A DNA stretch of 64,000 nucleotides from an uncultured Candidatus Rokubacteria bacterium. GTDB lineage: Bacteria; Methylomirabilota; Methylomirabilia; Rokubacteriales; DASRDR01. A model generated the notes under the pieces. The model made no database searches and was not told the DNA's origin. It saw only the letters and a program-made list of their open reading frames with translations. How positions within the stretch are numbered: position 1 is the first letter of the stretch; each line of letters begins with the position of its first letter. The DNA lies in contig CAWDVE010000021.1 of assembly GCA_963805625.1 (NCBI GenBank), positions 288,001-352,000 of the forward strand, in the 5' to 3' direction. This document shows positions 52,436 through 62,128 of this stretch, piece after piece. Position numbers and translations under genes: made by a program.

Positions 52436-53194
52436 CTAGCGGCTGCCGACCGTTGGCACTCCCGGCGCTGGCAGCGCGGAACCGGCGCCGCCGGGGCACG
52501 GTCCTACACACACACCGGCGGCACCACAGCAGGTGTTCACGACGCAGGCCTGGCCGGATGGGCAGCCTGCACTCGCGGTGCACGCCGTGAGGCCTGCGCA
52601 GGGCGTCGCCCCGTCAACGCAGAATCCCGACCCCTCGGAGGTCGTGGCGCACACGCAAGTTCCCCCGGGACCGCACGTCTGGAAGTTCGTGCAGGTTCTC
52701 CCTGCGCAGGCCGCCGTGGTCTGCGCCGCCGCGGGATGGGGCGCGACCACCGAGGTGACGGCGGGGAGGATCAGGGCTCCGGCGGCCACGCTCAGCCCCA
52801 ACCGCGCTAGCACCTGCCGCCGGGACACCGCCCGCTGCATCGGCAGCCGCTCCTGGAGCAGCTGTGCCCGGTCCAGCTCGGCGAGGGCGAGCCACACGAC
52901 CTCCTCGTTGGCCCCGGGCAGCTCCGGCTGGAGCCGACTCGTGAGCTCCTGGACGCTCGCCCGCCCGTCGCATTCCCGCCACACGAGGAGGGCAGGGCGA
53001 TTTAGCGCGTGCGCCCGGTGCTGATCGAGATCGTAGACCAGCACTTCGTCGGCCACGTCGCGGATGACCAACCCCTCATGTCGGGCCTGCGGTCGGAACG
53101 CCGCAGCCGACACCCACCCCCCTTGCGCCTCGGGTCTCCGTTGCTCCATCGTCGGCCCCTCCACTTTCGAGTCGGGTTGGCTAGTGGTCGACAA
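52436..53194 (-). CDS. PqqD/RRE domain, internal twin-arginine-like signal, 14-Cys domain
   Basis: EVLVYD..AHALN..A.LVW..CDG...L..L...LL; SRRQVL-hydrophobic-AAAQ; Cys-rich tail. Start TTG 53194 or ATG 53149. Confidence 0.85.
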   Translation of the reverse strand: MSTTSQPDSKVEGPTMEQRRPEAQGGWVSAAAFRPQARHEGLVIRDVADEVLVYDLDQHRAHALNRPALLVWRECDGRASVQELTSRLQPELPGANEEVVWLALAELDRAQLLQERLPMQRAVSRRQVLARLGLSVAAGALILPAVTSVVAPHPAAAQTTAACAGRTCTNFQTCGPGGTCVCATTSEGSGFCVDGATPCAGLTACTASAGCPSGQACVVNTCCGAAGVCVGPCPGGAGSALPAPGVPTVGSR

Positions 53195-53429
53195 ACGCTA
53201 CCCTTCCTATCACGCGCTCAGGCCTCAGGTCAACATCTGAAACATCTCTCCGTTGGGCGCTGACGCGTCTGCCCGCGACCCCACGGCCTGCGGATCCGGA
53301 GTGTGGCCGTGCGGGAAGGTCGGGGAAGGGGGCGCGAGTGCTTGAACTTTCTTCTTGCTTTGAGTTCTTCCCTCCTTTTGGGCTCTGCTCTCATCTGAGC
53401 AGCTCACGCCAGACGGGCATGAGCTACTC

Positions 53430-53735
53430 GTCGCGGACCGGCTGAGCGAGGACGAGGTCGCCGAGCGTGCCGGCACCACGGTCGAACGGATCCGGGAGCA
53501 CGTGTGCCTCGGGCTCCTCGCGCGCGAGGCCGGCGGGCTCGCCCGCCGTGACGTCATGCGCGCTCGCGTGGTCGCCGAGCTTGAGCGCAAGGGCATCGAG
53601 GTCGGCGCGCTCGCCGCTGCGATCGCGACTGGCGAGCTCACGCTCGGGTACCTCGAGAGCGCCGGCCGGAGGACACCGCGCTCGGATCGCCCGTTCGAGC
53701 AGCTCGCGGCGGAGATGGGGATCGCGTTCGAAACC
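53430..53735 (+). pseudogene. N-terminal MerR-like/regulatory fragment of an adenylate-cyclase-type protein
   Basis: LSEDEVAERAGTTVERIRE...LGLL, then the sequence becomes unrelated. Confidence 0.45.
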
Positions 53736-53899
53736 CCGGCATCGAGGCGGTCGCCATCGCAGACCTCACTGGGTACAGTCCCTCGAAGGGTTGGTTGGAG
53801 AAATTGGCTTTCGTTAGTCCTTCTGGATTCCCAGGGGGCGGGTCCCGACGTGACCTGGAGACGGACGCCCAGCGCCGCGCTCAACCTTGGCCCGGCTGC

Positions 53900-55552
53900 T
53901 CAGGCGGCGACCTTCATGCGGCAGAAGCAGGAGGCCCTCACCGGCACCTCTGATCTTGCCAGCGCCAGGTCGAGGCGCTGCTTGATCAGGGCCGCCTCGA
54001 CCGTCTCGCCGCGCCGGGTCAGGCATTCGTGCAGTCCGTGCAGGCTCCAGAGATTGTCCGGATGCTGGCAGGCCCGGCTGAGCTTGCCGTCGAGGCCGAG
54101 ATCCGAGCGATAGATCGCCTCGGCCTCGGCGACCCGGCCCTGCTCCAGCAACAGCGCGCCGAGCGCGTGCCGGGTCGGTTGCATCCAGCCCCACGGCTCA
54201 TCGTAGGGCAGCGCATCGTCGAGCTCGACCGAGCGGCGCAGGTGGCCGAAGGCCACCTCGTAGTTGCCGCGCCGGTACTCGATCTCGCCGTTGAGCATCG
54301 CCTCGGCCACCCCAAGCAGGTCCTGGACGGTGTTGTTGTGCACCCGCCGGCTCTCCGGCACCCGGAGCTTCGCCTCCATGAACGCCGCCTTGGCCGCTTC
54401 TGCCTCGGCGATGTGGCCGAGCGCGGAATGCGCCACCGCCTGGGCGTAGAGCATCATCGCGGTCGTCGAGCAGTAGAGCTCCCGGTCACGGGGCAGCTCC
54501 TGCGCGATGATCTCGTGCCACTTGCCGAAGCGCACCAGCACGTGCTGCTTCATCGGCAGGTAACCCTCGACGAAATCGGCCATCGGCGGCGAGGGGATGC
54601 GCAGGAGCTCCTCGGGCGTGGTGTCGATCAGCTCCTGCGCCGCCTCCATGGCCGGCCCGTACTGGCCGAGGAACATGGCTCCGTAGATGGCGAAGTGGTA
54701 GTCGTGGGTGCGGTAGAGCGCATAGACGTTCAACGCTCCCTCGCGGGTCAGGAACTTGCGGTCGGCGGCGATCGCCTTCTGGTTGTAGACCAGCACGTCG
54801 CGGTAGTGGCCGCAGAGCACGTCGATGTGGGTGGGCATGTGGATCAGGTGCCCGGCATCCGGCACCAGATCGCGCAGCCGGTCGCCCGCCCGCAGCGCGC
54901 GCTGCGGGAAGGGCGACATCTCCATCAGGTGGACGTAGAGATGCAGGAGCCCCGGGTGGTCCCACGAGGCGGGGATGTCGCGGAAGGCGCCCTCCAGCAC
55001 GTCGACCGCCTCCGCCGTGCCGGCGCCCTCGGCGACACCCCCGGTCTTGAGGTCCCACATCTTCCAGGGCGTCAGGTTCAAGATCGCCTCGGCGAACACG
55101 GAGCGCACCTCGAGGTCGTGGCGGTGGGCGTGGAACACCCGGCGCATGGCGTCCGCATAGGCGGCGTCCCACGGCGACTGGTCCTCGAGGGTCTCGCGCT
55201 GCGGATAGCGCGCGGGCAGGGCGTGGATCAGCGCCTGCTCGACCGCGCTGGCGCCGCCGGCAAGAGCCAGGGCGCCCTGCATCGCGTCGTAGGCGGCGGC
55301 GAGCGCGGCCGCCTTGCCGGCCGGGTCGTAGAGGTGCCAGGGCAGGTTGTAGTTCGGCCCGGCCGCGTAGGAGATCCCCCAGTAGGCCATGGCGCAGGCG
55401 GAGTCGCGCTCCAGCGCCTTCCGGAAGCAGGCGATCGCCTCGGCGTGGTTGAAGCCGAAGAGCCAGTTGAGGCCCCGGTCGAACCAGAGCTGGGCCTCGG
55501 GCACGGCGGTGGTGACCTTGCGGGTGTACGAGCCAAGGTCGTAGTAGTCCAT
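53900..55552 (-). CDS. TPR-repeat protein, conserved hypothetical
   Basis: AQLWFDRGL...FNHAEA, HPGLLHLYVH, GHLIHMPTHI, YDEPWGW. Confidence 0.85.
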   Translation of the reverse strand: MDYYDLGSYTRKVTTAVPEAQLWFDRGLNWLFGFNHAEAIACFRKALERDSACAMAYWGISYAAGPNYNLPWHLYDPAGKAAALAAAYDAMQGALALAGGASAVEQALIHALPARYPQRETLEDQSPWDAAYADAMRRVFHAHRHDLEVRSVFAEAILNLTPWKMWDLKTGGVAEGAGTAEAVDVLEGAFRDIPASWDHPGLLHLYVHLMEMSPFPQRALRAGDRLRDLVPDAGHLIHMPTHIDVLCGHYRDVLVYNQKAIAADRKFLTREGALNVYALYRTHDYHFAIYGAMFLGQYGPAMEAAQELIDTTPEELLRIPSPPMADFVEGYLPMKQHVLVRFGKWHEIIAQELPRDRELYCSTTAMMLYAQAVAHSALGHIAEAEAAKAAFMEAKLRVPESRRVHNNTVQDLLGVAEAMLNGEIEYRRGNYEVAFGHLRRSVELDDALPYDEPWGWMQPTRHALGALLLEQGRVAEAEAIYRSDLGLDGKLSRACQHPDNLWSLHGLHECLTRRGETVEAALIKQRLDLALARSEVPVRASCFCRMKVAA

Positions 55553-55700
55553 GGATCCTCCACTGAGCGAGAGTGGCACCGACGATCCGGTTCCCTGGGG
55601 CGTCTGGGCCCGGCCGATTATGACACGCGGACCGCGGCGGGCGCACGGGGCGGCCGCAGCTGGTGATGCGGACGTCGGGGAGGACGCCGCGAGGGCATTC

Positions 55701-56546
55701 CTACCCCTTCACGGCCCCGGCGGTGAGCCCGGACACGTAGTGCTTGACGAAGAACGAGTACAGGATGGCGATCGGGACCGCGCCGAGCACCGCGGAAGCC
55801 ATCAGCGATCCCCAGAACAGGGTGTCCGCCTTGATCAGGTCGCTGACCGTCCCGACCGAAATGGTCTTCATCGAACCGGACGACATGAAGATGAGGGCGT
55901 AGAGGAATTCGTTCCAGGACAGGGTGAAGCAGAAGATGCCGGCCGAGAGGACCCCGGGGAGCGCGAGGGGCAGGATGATCCGGAACAGGGTCTGGAGCCG
56001 GGTGCAGCCGTCGGCCATCGCGCTCTCCTCGATCTCCTTCGGGATCGTGCGGAAGTAGCCCATGAGCAGCCACGAGGCGAACGGGATGAGCTGGGTCGGA
56101 TAGGTGAGGATCAGCGCCCAGTAGGTATTGTAGAGCCCCAGGCTGGAAATCACCTGTGCCAGGGGCAGGAACAGGAGCGTCGGGGGAACGAGATAGGCGA
56201 GGAAGATCCCCACTCCGAGAAAATTGCTCCCGGGGAAGCGCAACCGGGCCAGGGCGTAGCCGATCAGGACGCTGCAGACCAGCGAGATGATGGTGGACGC
56301 GATCGAGACGATCAGGGTGTTCTTCACCCAGGACGGGAAGTCGGTGTCGCGAAACAGGTAGAGGTAGTTCTCGAGCGTGAAGTGCTGGATCCAGAATGGA
56401 TTGTACTTGAGCTCGAACAGGTCGTTGGTCGGCTTGAAAGAGACGATCGCCATCCAGTAGAAGGGGAACAGGAGGAACGCGACGTAGGCACTCAATGGGA
56501 GGTAGATGCTCAGGATGCGACGGCCGAGGCGATTGCTGCCGACCAA
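55701..56546 (-). CDS. Carbohydrate ABC transporter permease (MalG-like)
   Basis: EIEESAMADG EAA loop, WNEFLYA. Confidence 0.92.
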   Translation of the reverse strand: MVGSNRLGRRILSIYLPLSAYVAFLLFPFYWMAIVSFKPTNDLFELKYNPFWIQHFTLENYLYLFRDTDFPSWVKNTLIVSIASTIISLVCSVLIGYALARLRFPGSNFLGVGIFLAYLVPPTLLFLPLAQVISSLGLYNTYWALILTYPTQLIPFASWLLMGYFRTIPKEIEESAMADGCTRLQTLFRIILPLALPGVLSAGIFCFTLSWNEFLYALIFMSSGSMKTISVGTVSDLIKADTLFWGSLMASAVLGAVPIAILYSFFVKHYVSGLTAGAVKG

Positions 56547-56547
56547 G

Positions 56548-57492
56548 CTAGTCCTCCTTCCGCAGGTACATCAGGAGCAGCGCGGCGAAGAACGCCAGGA
56601 TCGGGAACATGTACAGGGCGATCGCCGCCCCGGTGCCGATCTCGGTTGCCGCCAGCCCGATCTGGTAGGCGTAGGTCCCGAAGATGTGAGTCTGGTTGGC
56701 CGGGCCACCCTTGGTCAGGATGTAGATGAGCTGGAAGTCGGCGAAGGTCCAGATGACTGACAAGAGGCTGGCGATCAGGATCACGCCCTTGATCGCTGGG
56801 ATAGTGACGTGGCGGAATCGCTCCCAGGTGCTGGCGCCGTCGATGGCGGCGGCCTCGTGGAGCTCGTTCGGGACCGCCTGGAGACCGGCCAGAATGGTGA
56901 TACCGAAGAAGGGGACCCCGCGCCAGATGTTGGCCAGGCAGATCGAGGAGATCGCGAGCAGCGGATCGCCGAGGAAGTTGATGTTCGACCCGATCAGGCC
57001 GAGGTGTCGCAGGAGCCAGGAGATCGGGCTGAACACCGGGTCGAAGATCATGAACCAGCCGAGCGTGCTGAGCGCGGTCGGGACGATCCACGGCATCATC
57101 ACCCCGGCTCGGATCACGTTGCTGAAGCGCATGCCCTGGTTGAGCACCAAGGCCAGCCCGAGGCCCAGGACCGCCTTGAACGGGACGGTAACCAGCGCGT
57201 AGACGAAGGTGTTCTTGGTGGTCTGCAGGAAGATGCTGTCGCCGAGCAGGTCGCCGAAGTTGCGGAGGCCGATGAACTTCCCCATGCGGCCAATCATGCT
57301 GTCGGTGAGGGAGAGCCAGATCCCGAGGAAGAACGGGTACGCCATGAAGACCATCAGGAGCAGCGCCCCGGGGATCATGAGCAGGACGCCGAGGCTCGCC
57401 TCGCGGTCCAGGAGGCGCCGGGCCCGCGACGGTAGACTCGGGCGCGCCCGCACCGCGTCCAGCATGGTCGGGATGTCTCCGGCTCTATTCAC
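56548..57492 (-). CDS. Carbohydrate ABC transporter permease (MalF-like)
   Basis: LHEAAAIDGA EAA loop, LTKGGP. Confidence 0.92.
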   Translation of the reverse strand: MNRAGDIPTMLDAVRARPSLPSRARRLLDREASLGVLLMIPGALLLMVFMAYPFFLGIWLSLTDSMIGRMGKFIGLRNFGDLLGDSIFLQTTKNTFVYALVTVPFKAVLGLGLALVLNQGMRFSNVIRAGVMMPWIVPTALSTLGWFMIFDPVFSPISWLLRHLGLIGSNINFLGDPLLAISSICLANIWRGVPFFGITILAGLQAVPNELHEAAAIDGASTWERFRHVTIPAIKGVILIASLLSVIWTFADFQLIYILTKGGPANQTHIFGTYAYQIGLAATEIGTGAAIALYMFPILAFFAALLLMYLRKED

Positions 57493-57594
57493 CTGGACCT
57501 CCGAGACGAGGGTGCCCGGTCGGGCCGGACACCCTCGTCCCTCCGTCCCCCGCCGAGTTCGCGGGGGGCACGAGTTCCGCTACGGAGATGATGG

Positions 57595-58926
57595 TCAGCC
57601 GTAGATGCGCTGCAACTGATCGGCTCCCCACTTGATCGCCCCGGCGGCGTCGCTGCTCTGCACCGCGCGGGCGAAGGTATCGACCACGATGTACTTCGAC
57701 CAGGCGAGCGACGCCTTCTCGTTCGAGGGGCCTGCGTAACCCTGGTCACGGCCGTACTTGGGCTGCTCCCTGAAGGGCGCCATCTTGACGTCCTTCTCCC
57801 ACATCGGGTCGGTGTCGTACTTCACGACGTGCGGCAGATGGTAGCCTTCCTGGAGCCGCCACCATTCGTCGTACTTCTCGGCGAACCACCACTTGAGGAA
57901 CTCCTTCGCCGCCTCGACGTTCTTCGAGTTCTTGAGGATGGCGAAGGTGCGACTGCCGAGCAAGTAGAACCGCCCGGCGGTGCCCTTGGGGATCAGCATG
58001 TGGTGGGTGTCCTGGGCGATGTCCGGCTTGTCCTTCTTGGCCGCGAAGTAGATGCTCGAGCCGTTGTAGGTGCTGGAGATCTGGCCCGACAGATACGCGC
58101 GGTTGTTGTTGCTGTCGTCCCAGGAGGTGCCGGTCTCGTCGTAACCGTCCTTCCACGCCTGGATGAAGCGCTTCATGCCCTCGACGAACTCGGGCTTGTT
58201 GAACAGGATATTCTTCTGGTCTTTGTCCACCTCCATCGCGCCGGTGCTCCACATGTACGGGTAGCAGAATCCCGGCGGATCCCCGGTGCTGTGGCCGAGC
58301 GCCTGACCAAAAGGCTTGCCCTTGGTCTTCAGCGTCTTGGCCACCGCGAAGTACTGCTCCCAGGTCATGTCAATCTTGCGGCCATCATCCGCGTTGGCGA
58401 CTCCGGCTTCCTTGAACATGCTGATCCGGTAGGCCATGGACGCGTTGGACTGTCCGGACGGAATCCCGAGGTACCGGCCAGCGACCCTGGCCGAGTTCAG
58501 AACATAGGCCTGATAGCCGCCACCGCGCTTGCCGACCTCCTCGGCGAGGTCGGTAACGTCCACCAGGTGGTCGCGATACAGCCAGTTCCACGATGGCCAC
58601 AACTCGACGATGTCGACGCCGCCGGCCTGCACTGCCGCCGCGATCTTGGGCTGCAGGTCCGGCCAGTTGAGGAAGTCCGTGTTGATTGTCGCCCCGGCCG
58701 CCTGGGCGAACTCCTGGGCCTGACGCTTGTAGAGGTCCTGGGCGGGAGCGATGAAATACGTACCCTGAAGGATAGCGAGCTTGGCGCCCCTGGCGCCCGT
58801 TGGCGCCTGCGCGCGGACCGGGCGGGGCCCGAGGCCCACGCTTGCCGCACCGAGCCCGGTCAGACCAGCGGTCTTGAGGAATCGCCGGCGATTCACGCGA
58901 CGGTTCGTCCACCTGGTGTCCGACAT
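57595..58926 (-). CDS. Tat-exported carbohydrate ABC substrate-binding protein
   Basis: NRRRFLK signal, SBP_bac_1-like sequence, upstream of the two permeases. Confidence 0.9.
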   Translation of the reverse strand: MSDTRWTNRRVNRRRFLKTAGLTGLGAASVGLGPRPVRAQAPTGARGAKLAILQGTYFIAPAQDLYKRQAQEFAQAAGATINTDFLNWPDLQPKIAAAVQAGGVDIVELWPSWNWLYRDHLVDVTDLAEEVGKRGGGYQAYVLNSARVAGRYLGIPSGQSNASMAYRISMFKEAGVANADDGRKIDMTWEQYFAVAKTLKTKGKPFGQALGHSTGDPPGFCYPYMWSTGAMEVDKDQKNILFNKPEFVEGMKRFIQAWKDGYDETGTSWDDSNNNRAYLSGQISSTYNGSSIYFAAKKDKPDIAQDTHHMLIPKGTAGRFYLLGSRTFAILKNSKNVEAAKEFLKWWFAEKYDEWWRLQEGYHLPHVVKYDTDPMWEKDVKMAPFREQPKYGRDQGYAGPSNEKASLAWSKYIVVDTFARAVQSSDAAGAIKWGADQLQRIYG

Positions 58927-59589
58927 TCAGCACCCTCCTCGATATCAGCTGCGAAACCGCCTTGCCGGCGTTCGGCACACGACGTACCACGTCATGAGGC
59001 TCGGGCACCTCCTCCCTCGGCTGCGGGTCAGCGAGCGGCCCCGCCGGCTTTCGGAGTCCTGCGTCGCTGGCAGCGGTACGGTTTAGAGGAAGACCTCCCG
59101 TTTCAAGGCCTATCAAGTCGCGTGCCAGGGAGGGAGCCCGGGAACTCCCGCGAGGTCCCTGGCGCTTGGGCATGGCTGGTCGCCGTCGCTGGGACAGTGG
59201 TGGGACAGCGAGGCGCCGACGCCACACCAGGAGGGTGCCCTCTGCCGATCGCCACCGTGATGACTGCGGCCCACCGAGCCGCATCAGCCAGGACGACTCC
59301 GCGGCCTAGATGTCAGGAGGTTGTTCACGAGCCTCGCCCGGGAGGCTGGTAGTTCCCCGTATCGGTGGCAAGTCCAGCAACGGATCACGGTTCTGGGAAC
59401 GTGGAGGACCACGGCATGGCGGCGGCGGGTCGCCACCGCGGGGTTAGCGCGAAGACTGTTCGGCGCCGGCGGGACCGCTGGCAGGCCGGCGGGGTGCCCG
59501 GCCTCGTGCCCCGCGCGGAGCTAGCGCGGCGTCAGACCCAGAATGGTAAGCGCAACTCGGCGGTGAACCCCGAGGAGTAGGTGGGAGCG

Positions 59590-59830
59590 AGGCGGTCGCC
59601 TGGCGGGTATCGACCGAGACCTCCTGGCGACGCCCGGTGCGCAATTCCCACAGATCGGAGACGGCGAGGCCGATTACCGCGAGCGCCGCGGCACTGGTCT
59701 CGCCGATGCGGAACGGCGTCGGCGTCGGCAATATTGGATCGGTGCCACCAGTGATCCCGACCGTGCGGGCGCGGGCGGGGGAGGGGCTCCTCGAGGATCC
59801 GCACGACGTTGCCGCTCAGAACGGTCATCC
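59590..59830 (-). pseudogene. CoA-transferase family III N-terminal remnant
   Basis: TPFRIGETSAAALA...DLWELRTGRRQEVSVD; frameshifted and truncated. Confidence 0.6.
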
Positions 59831-60010
59831 CGCCTGCCATGAGCCTCTCGAAGCTCCGCACGTGGCGGAGGCGTGATGTCCAGCCGAGCGCATCGAGGGG
59901 GCAGCCGCACGCACGCTCGTCCAGCCGGAGGTCGCGGAAGAGCCGCGCGGGTACGCCGGTCGCCCGGGGTGGGCCCGCTGCTGGAGGCCTGATCGATGGA
60001 CGTGCCACCC

Positions 60011-60910
60011 TCAGGGTGTTTTCGCGGTCTCCGGAGGACTAGCGGCGCGAAGCGTGAATGATTCCATCGACACCGTGATCTCTCCCGTCGCCGCATTGTG
60101 ACGGAGGCAGGAGGCAGTCGGATAGAATCCGCTGATCGCCACTGCCTTCGGTGACTTTATGGGGAAACACGACTGGGGCTTGCTCAGCAAGACCGCCCGA
60201 CTCACCATCTCCTCGTAGAAGATAACCCTGCCCCCGTAGACCCCGAAGATCCAGCTTCGTGTGAAGGGCTGCTTGTTGAACTCCGGACCGGTGACATCGA
60301 TGAGATGGTTGCCCATCGCGGGGACGACGGCGTCGACATCGCGAAAGTCGGGAGGCAGGTAGTTCGAGGGCACCGGCTGTTTCGCGACCTCGAACTGGTC
60401 GCAGCGGACGAATTCCGGCCCGCAAGGGCCCGACTCGAGCGCGAAGACGTTGGCGATCGGCTCGATGTAGAAGTGAACGTCGAAGTGCGGGACGTCATAG
60501 ATACCGGGCGGAATATGCCCCGCCGGATTCCAGTTCAAGAGCACCCACTTGAACGGGACGTCCCCTCGCCTGGCCACCGCGTCCGGCAGGGGGATGACGT
60601 GTTCGTAGGTGGCGATGCACTCGGTCGCGTGATCGACCGTCCCGTCCTTGTTGCGGTCGAAGCAGTGATGGAGGTCCGAGCCGTCCGTGGGCAACCCGTC
60701 CAATGCGGCGGGCCCGAACACCACGCCGATCGCCGTGGGCTCACCCTGGCGATTCAGCTCGGCATAGCTCGTCACGGTCCCCTTGCCGAGCTCCATCTGC
60801 CCTCCCAAGTGGCGGGCTGCAGGCGCGTCAGAGCCCCGGCCGAGGAGCGCGCACCCGATCAGGATCATCGTGACCAGTGGGACAACTGACAGAGACGTCC
60901 ACCGTGCCAT
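60011..60910 (-). CDS. DUF5602-like lipoprotein
   Basis: Lipobox LIGC; NWNPAGHIPPGIYDVPHFDVHFY, VPAMGNH, IFYEEM. Confidence 0.75.
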   Translation of the reverse strand: MARWTSLSVVPLVTMILIGCALLGRGSDAPAARHLGGQMELGKGTVTSYAELNRQGEPTAIGVVFGPAALDGLPTDGSDLHHCFDRNKDGTVDHATECIATYEHVIPLPDAVARRGDVPFKWVLLNWNPAGHIPPGIYDVPHFDVHFYIEPIANVFALESGPCGPEFVRCDQFEVAKQPVPSNYLPPDFRDVDAVVPAMGNHLIDVTGPEFNKQPFTRSWIFGVYGGRVIFYEEMVSRAVLLSKPQSCFPIKSPKAVAISGFYPTASCLRHNAATGEITVSMESFTLRAASPPETAKTP

Positions 60911-61103
60911 GCGGTCCTCCTCCATGTGTCAGGCGAATCGGGGCCAAGGCGCCCCGGAGGCTATCGATAAGAACGAGATAGCAGGCTCCTGAGACTAGTG
61001 TCGAGGCTCGACCCGGTTCAGGGTGATGTTCCTAGGCGCGGCCCCAGTGCCGCCTCCGCCTTCTTCAGCCAGAAGGTCATGCCCATCCCGCGGTACGTCG
61101 CCG

Positions 61104-61814
61104 TTATCGATGGCCGCGATTCATTCCGTCTCCTGCGTGCCGACGGCCTTGTGGATGATATGTCTTGTTCCCAGAGCCCGTGATCCGCCGAGGATTCGCG
61201 AGCGCCTTCACCAGGGTGTCCGACAGCCAGGCTTGGTACTGGTCCGGCATCCAGCCGCCCTCGCGCACTAGCATCCGATAGACGTCGCGGCTCGTATACA
61301 TCCACAGGAGGCGCCGGGCTTCGTCGAGTCCGAGGCGTTTTGCCTCCATCCCCTGGGCGAAGAGGAGTCTCACGCGCTCCTCCTGCATCTCGTAGCGCAC
61401 TTTCTCGAACTCCTGCTCCAGCTTCCGGAGCGCAGGCGAGAAGGCCGAGGCGCCGCGGATGAGGCCGAGCTCAGCGGCTTCGCTCTCATAGATGGCTCGC
61501 GCCACGTGCGCCGACAGCGCGACGAGCCGGACCGGGTCGGTCACTCCCTCGAGCTTCTCCCTCGCGGCCCGGAAGCGCCGGCCGAAGAGAGACGACCGCA
61601 TCAGCGCGCGCAGGACGCCCTCCTTGGACTTGTAGAGGGCATAGACCGTGGACCCCGAGACCTCCGCCTTGTCCGCGATCTGCGCGATCGTGACCCGGTC
61701 GATGCCATGACGCACGAAGAGCGCCTTGGCGGCCTTGAGCACCCGATCCTTGGTGGCGTCGGCTGCCCGGCTTCGCCGCTTCGAGACGTATGCTCGCTTG
61801 GATCCTCTTGACAT
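61104..61814 (-). CDS. TetR-family regulator
   Basis: LFVRHGIDRVTIAQIADKAEVSGSTVYALYKSKEG. Confidence 0.88.
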   Translation of the reverse strand: MSRGSKRAYVSKRRSRAADATKDRVLKAAKALFVRHGIDRVTIAQIADKAEVSGSTVYALYKSKEGVLRALMRSSLFGRRFRAAREKLEGVTDPVRLVALSAHVARAIYESEAAELGLIRGASAFSPALRKLEQEFEKVRYEMQEERVRLLFAQGMEAKRLGLDEARRLLWMYTSRDVYRMLVREGGWMPDQYQAWLSDTLVKALANPRRITGSGNKTYHPQGRRHAGDGMNRGHR

Positions 61815-61865
61815 ATTGGATATAGTCTACCACATGCAATACAGATACTGCAGGAGGGTCACCGC

Positions 61866-62128
61866 ATGAGCTTCCAAGCGTACCTCGACAGCATTCGGAA
61901 GAGGACGGGGAAGACCCCGCACGACTTCTTCGCCCTGGCCAAGAAGAAGGGCCTGGTTGGCCCCGACCTCACCGCCGGACGCCTCGTCGCCGGCTCAAGG
62001 ACGCCTTCGGCCTCGGCCACGGCCACGCCATGGCGATCTGGGCAGTCTTCAAGTCGGAAGGCTGGGTCGCCCCCTCGGCCAAACGTGCCCGGGCTGCCGG
62101 GCTTGCCAGACCCGCGAGGGTGAGATGA
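61866..62128 (+). pseudogene. DUF4287-family protein with a single-base frameshift
   Basis: MSFQAYLDSI..RTGK; one inserted T near 61990 restores WLKDAFGLGHGHAMAI. Confidence 0.75.

Noticed and set aside
48481-53194. Canonical lasso peptide, PQQ or methylamine dehydrogenase cluster
   Set aside because: No lasso cyclase/B2, pqqBCE or mauAB genes in the window; reported as a distinct candidate system instead.
61018-61110. Short ORF ending YRGMGMTFWLKKAEAALG
   Set aside because: Looks like the C-terminal tail of a cyclase-TPR gene left at a junction, not an independent gene.
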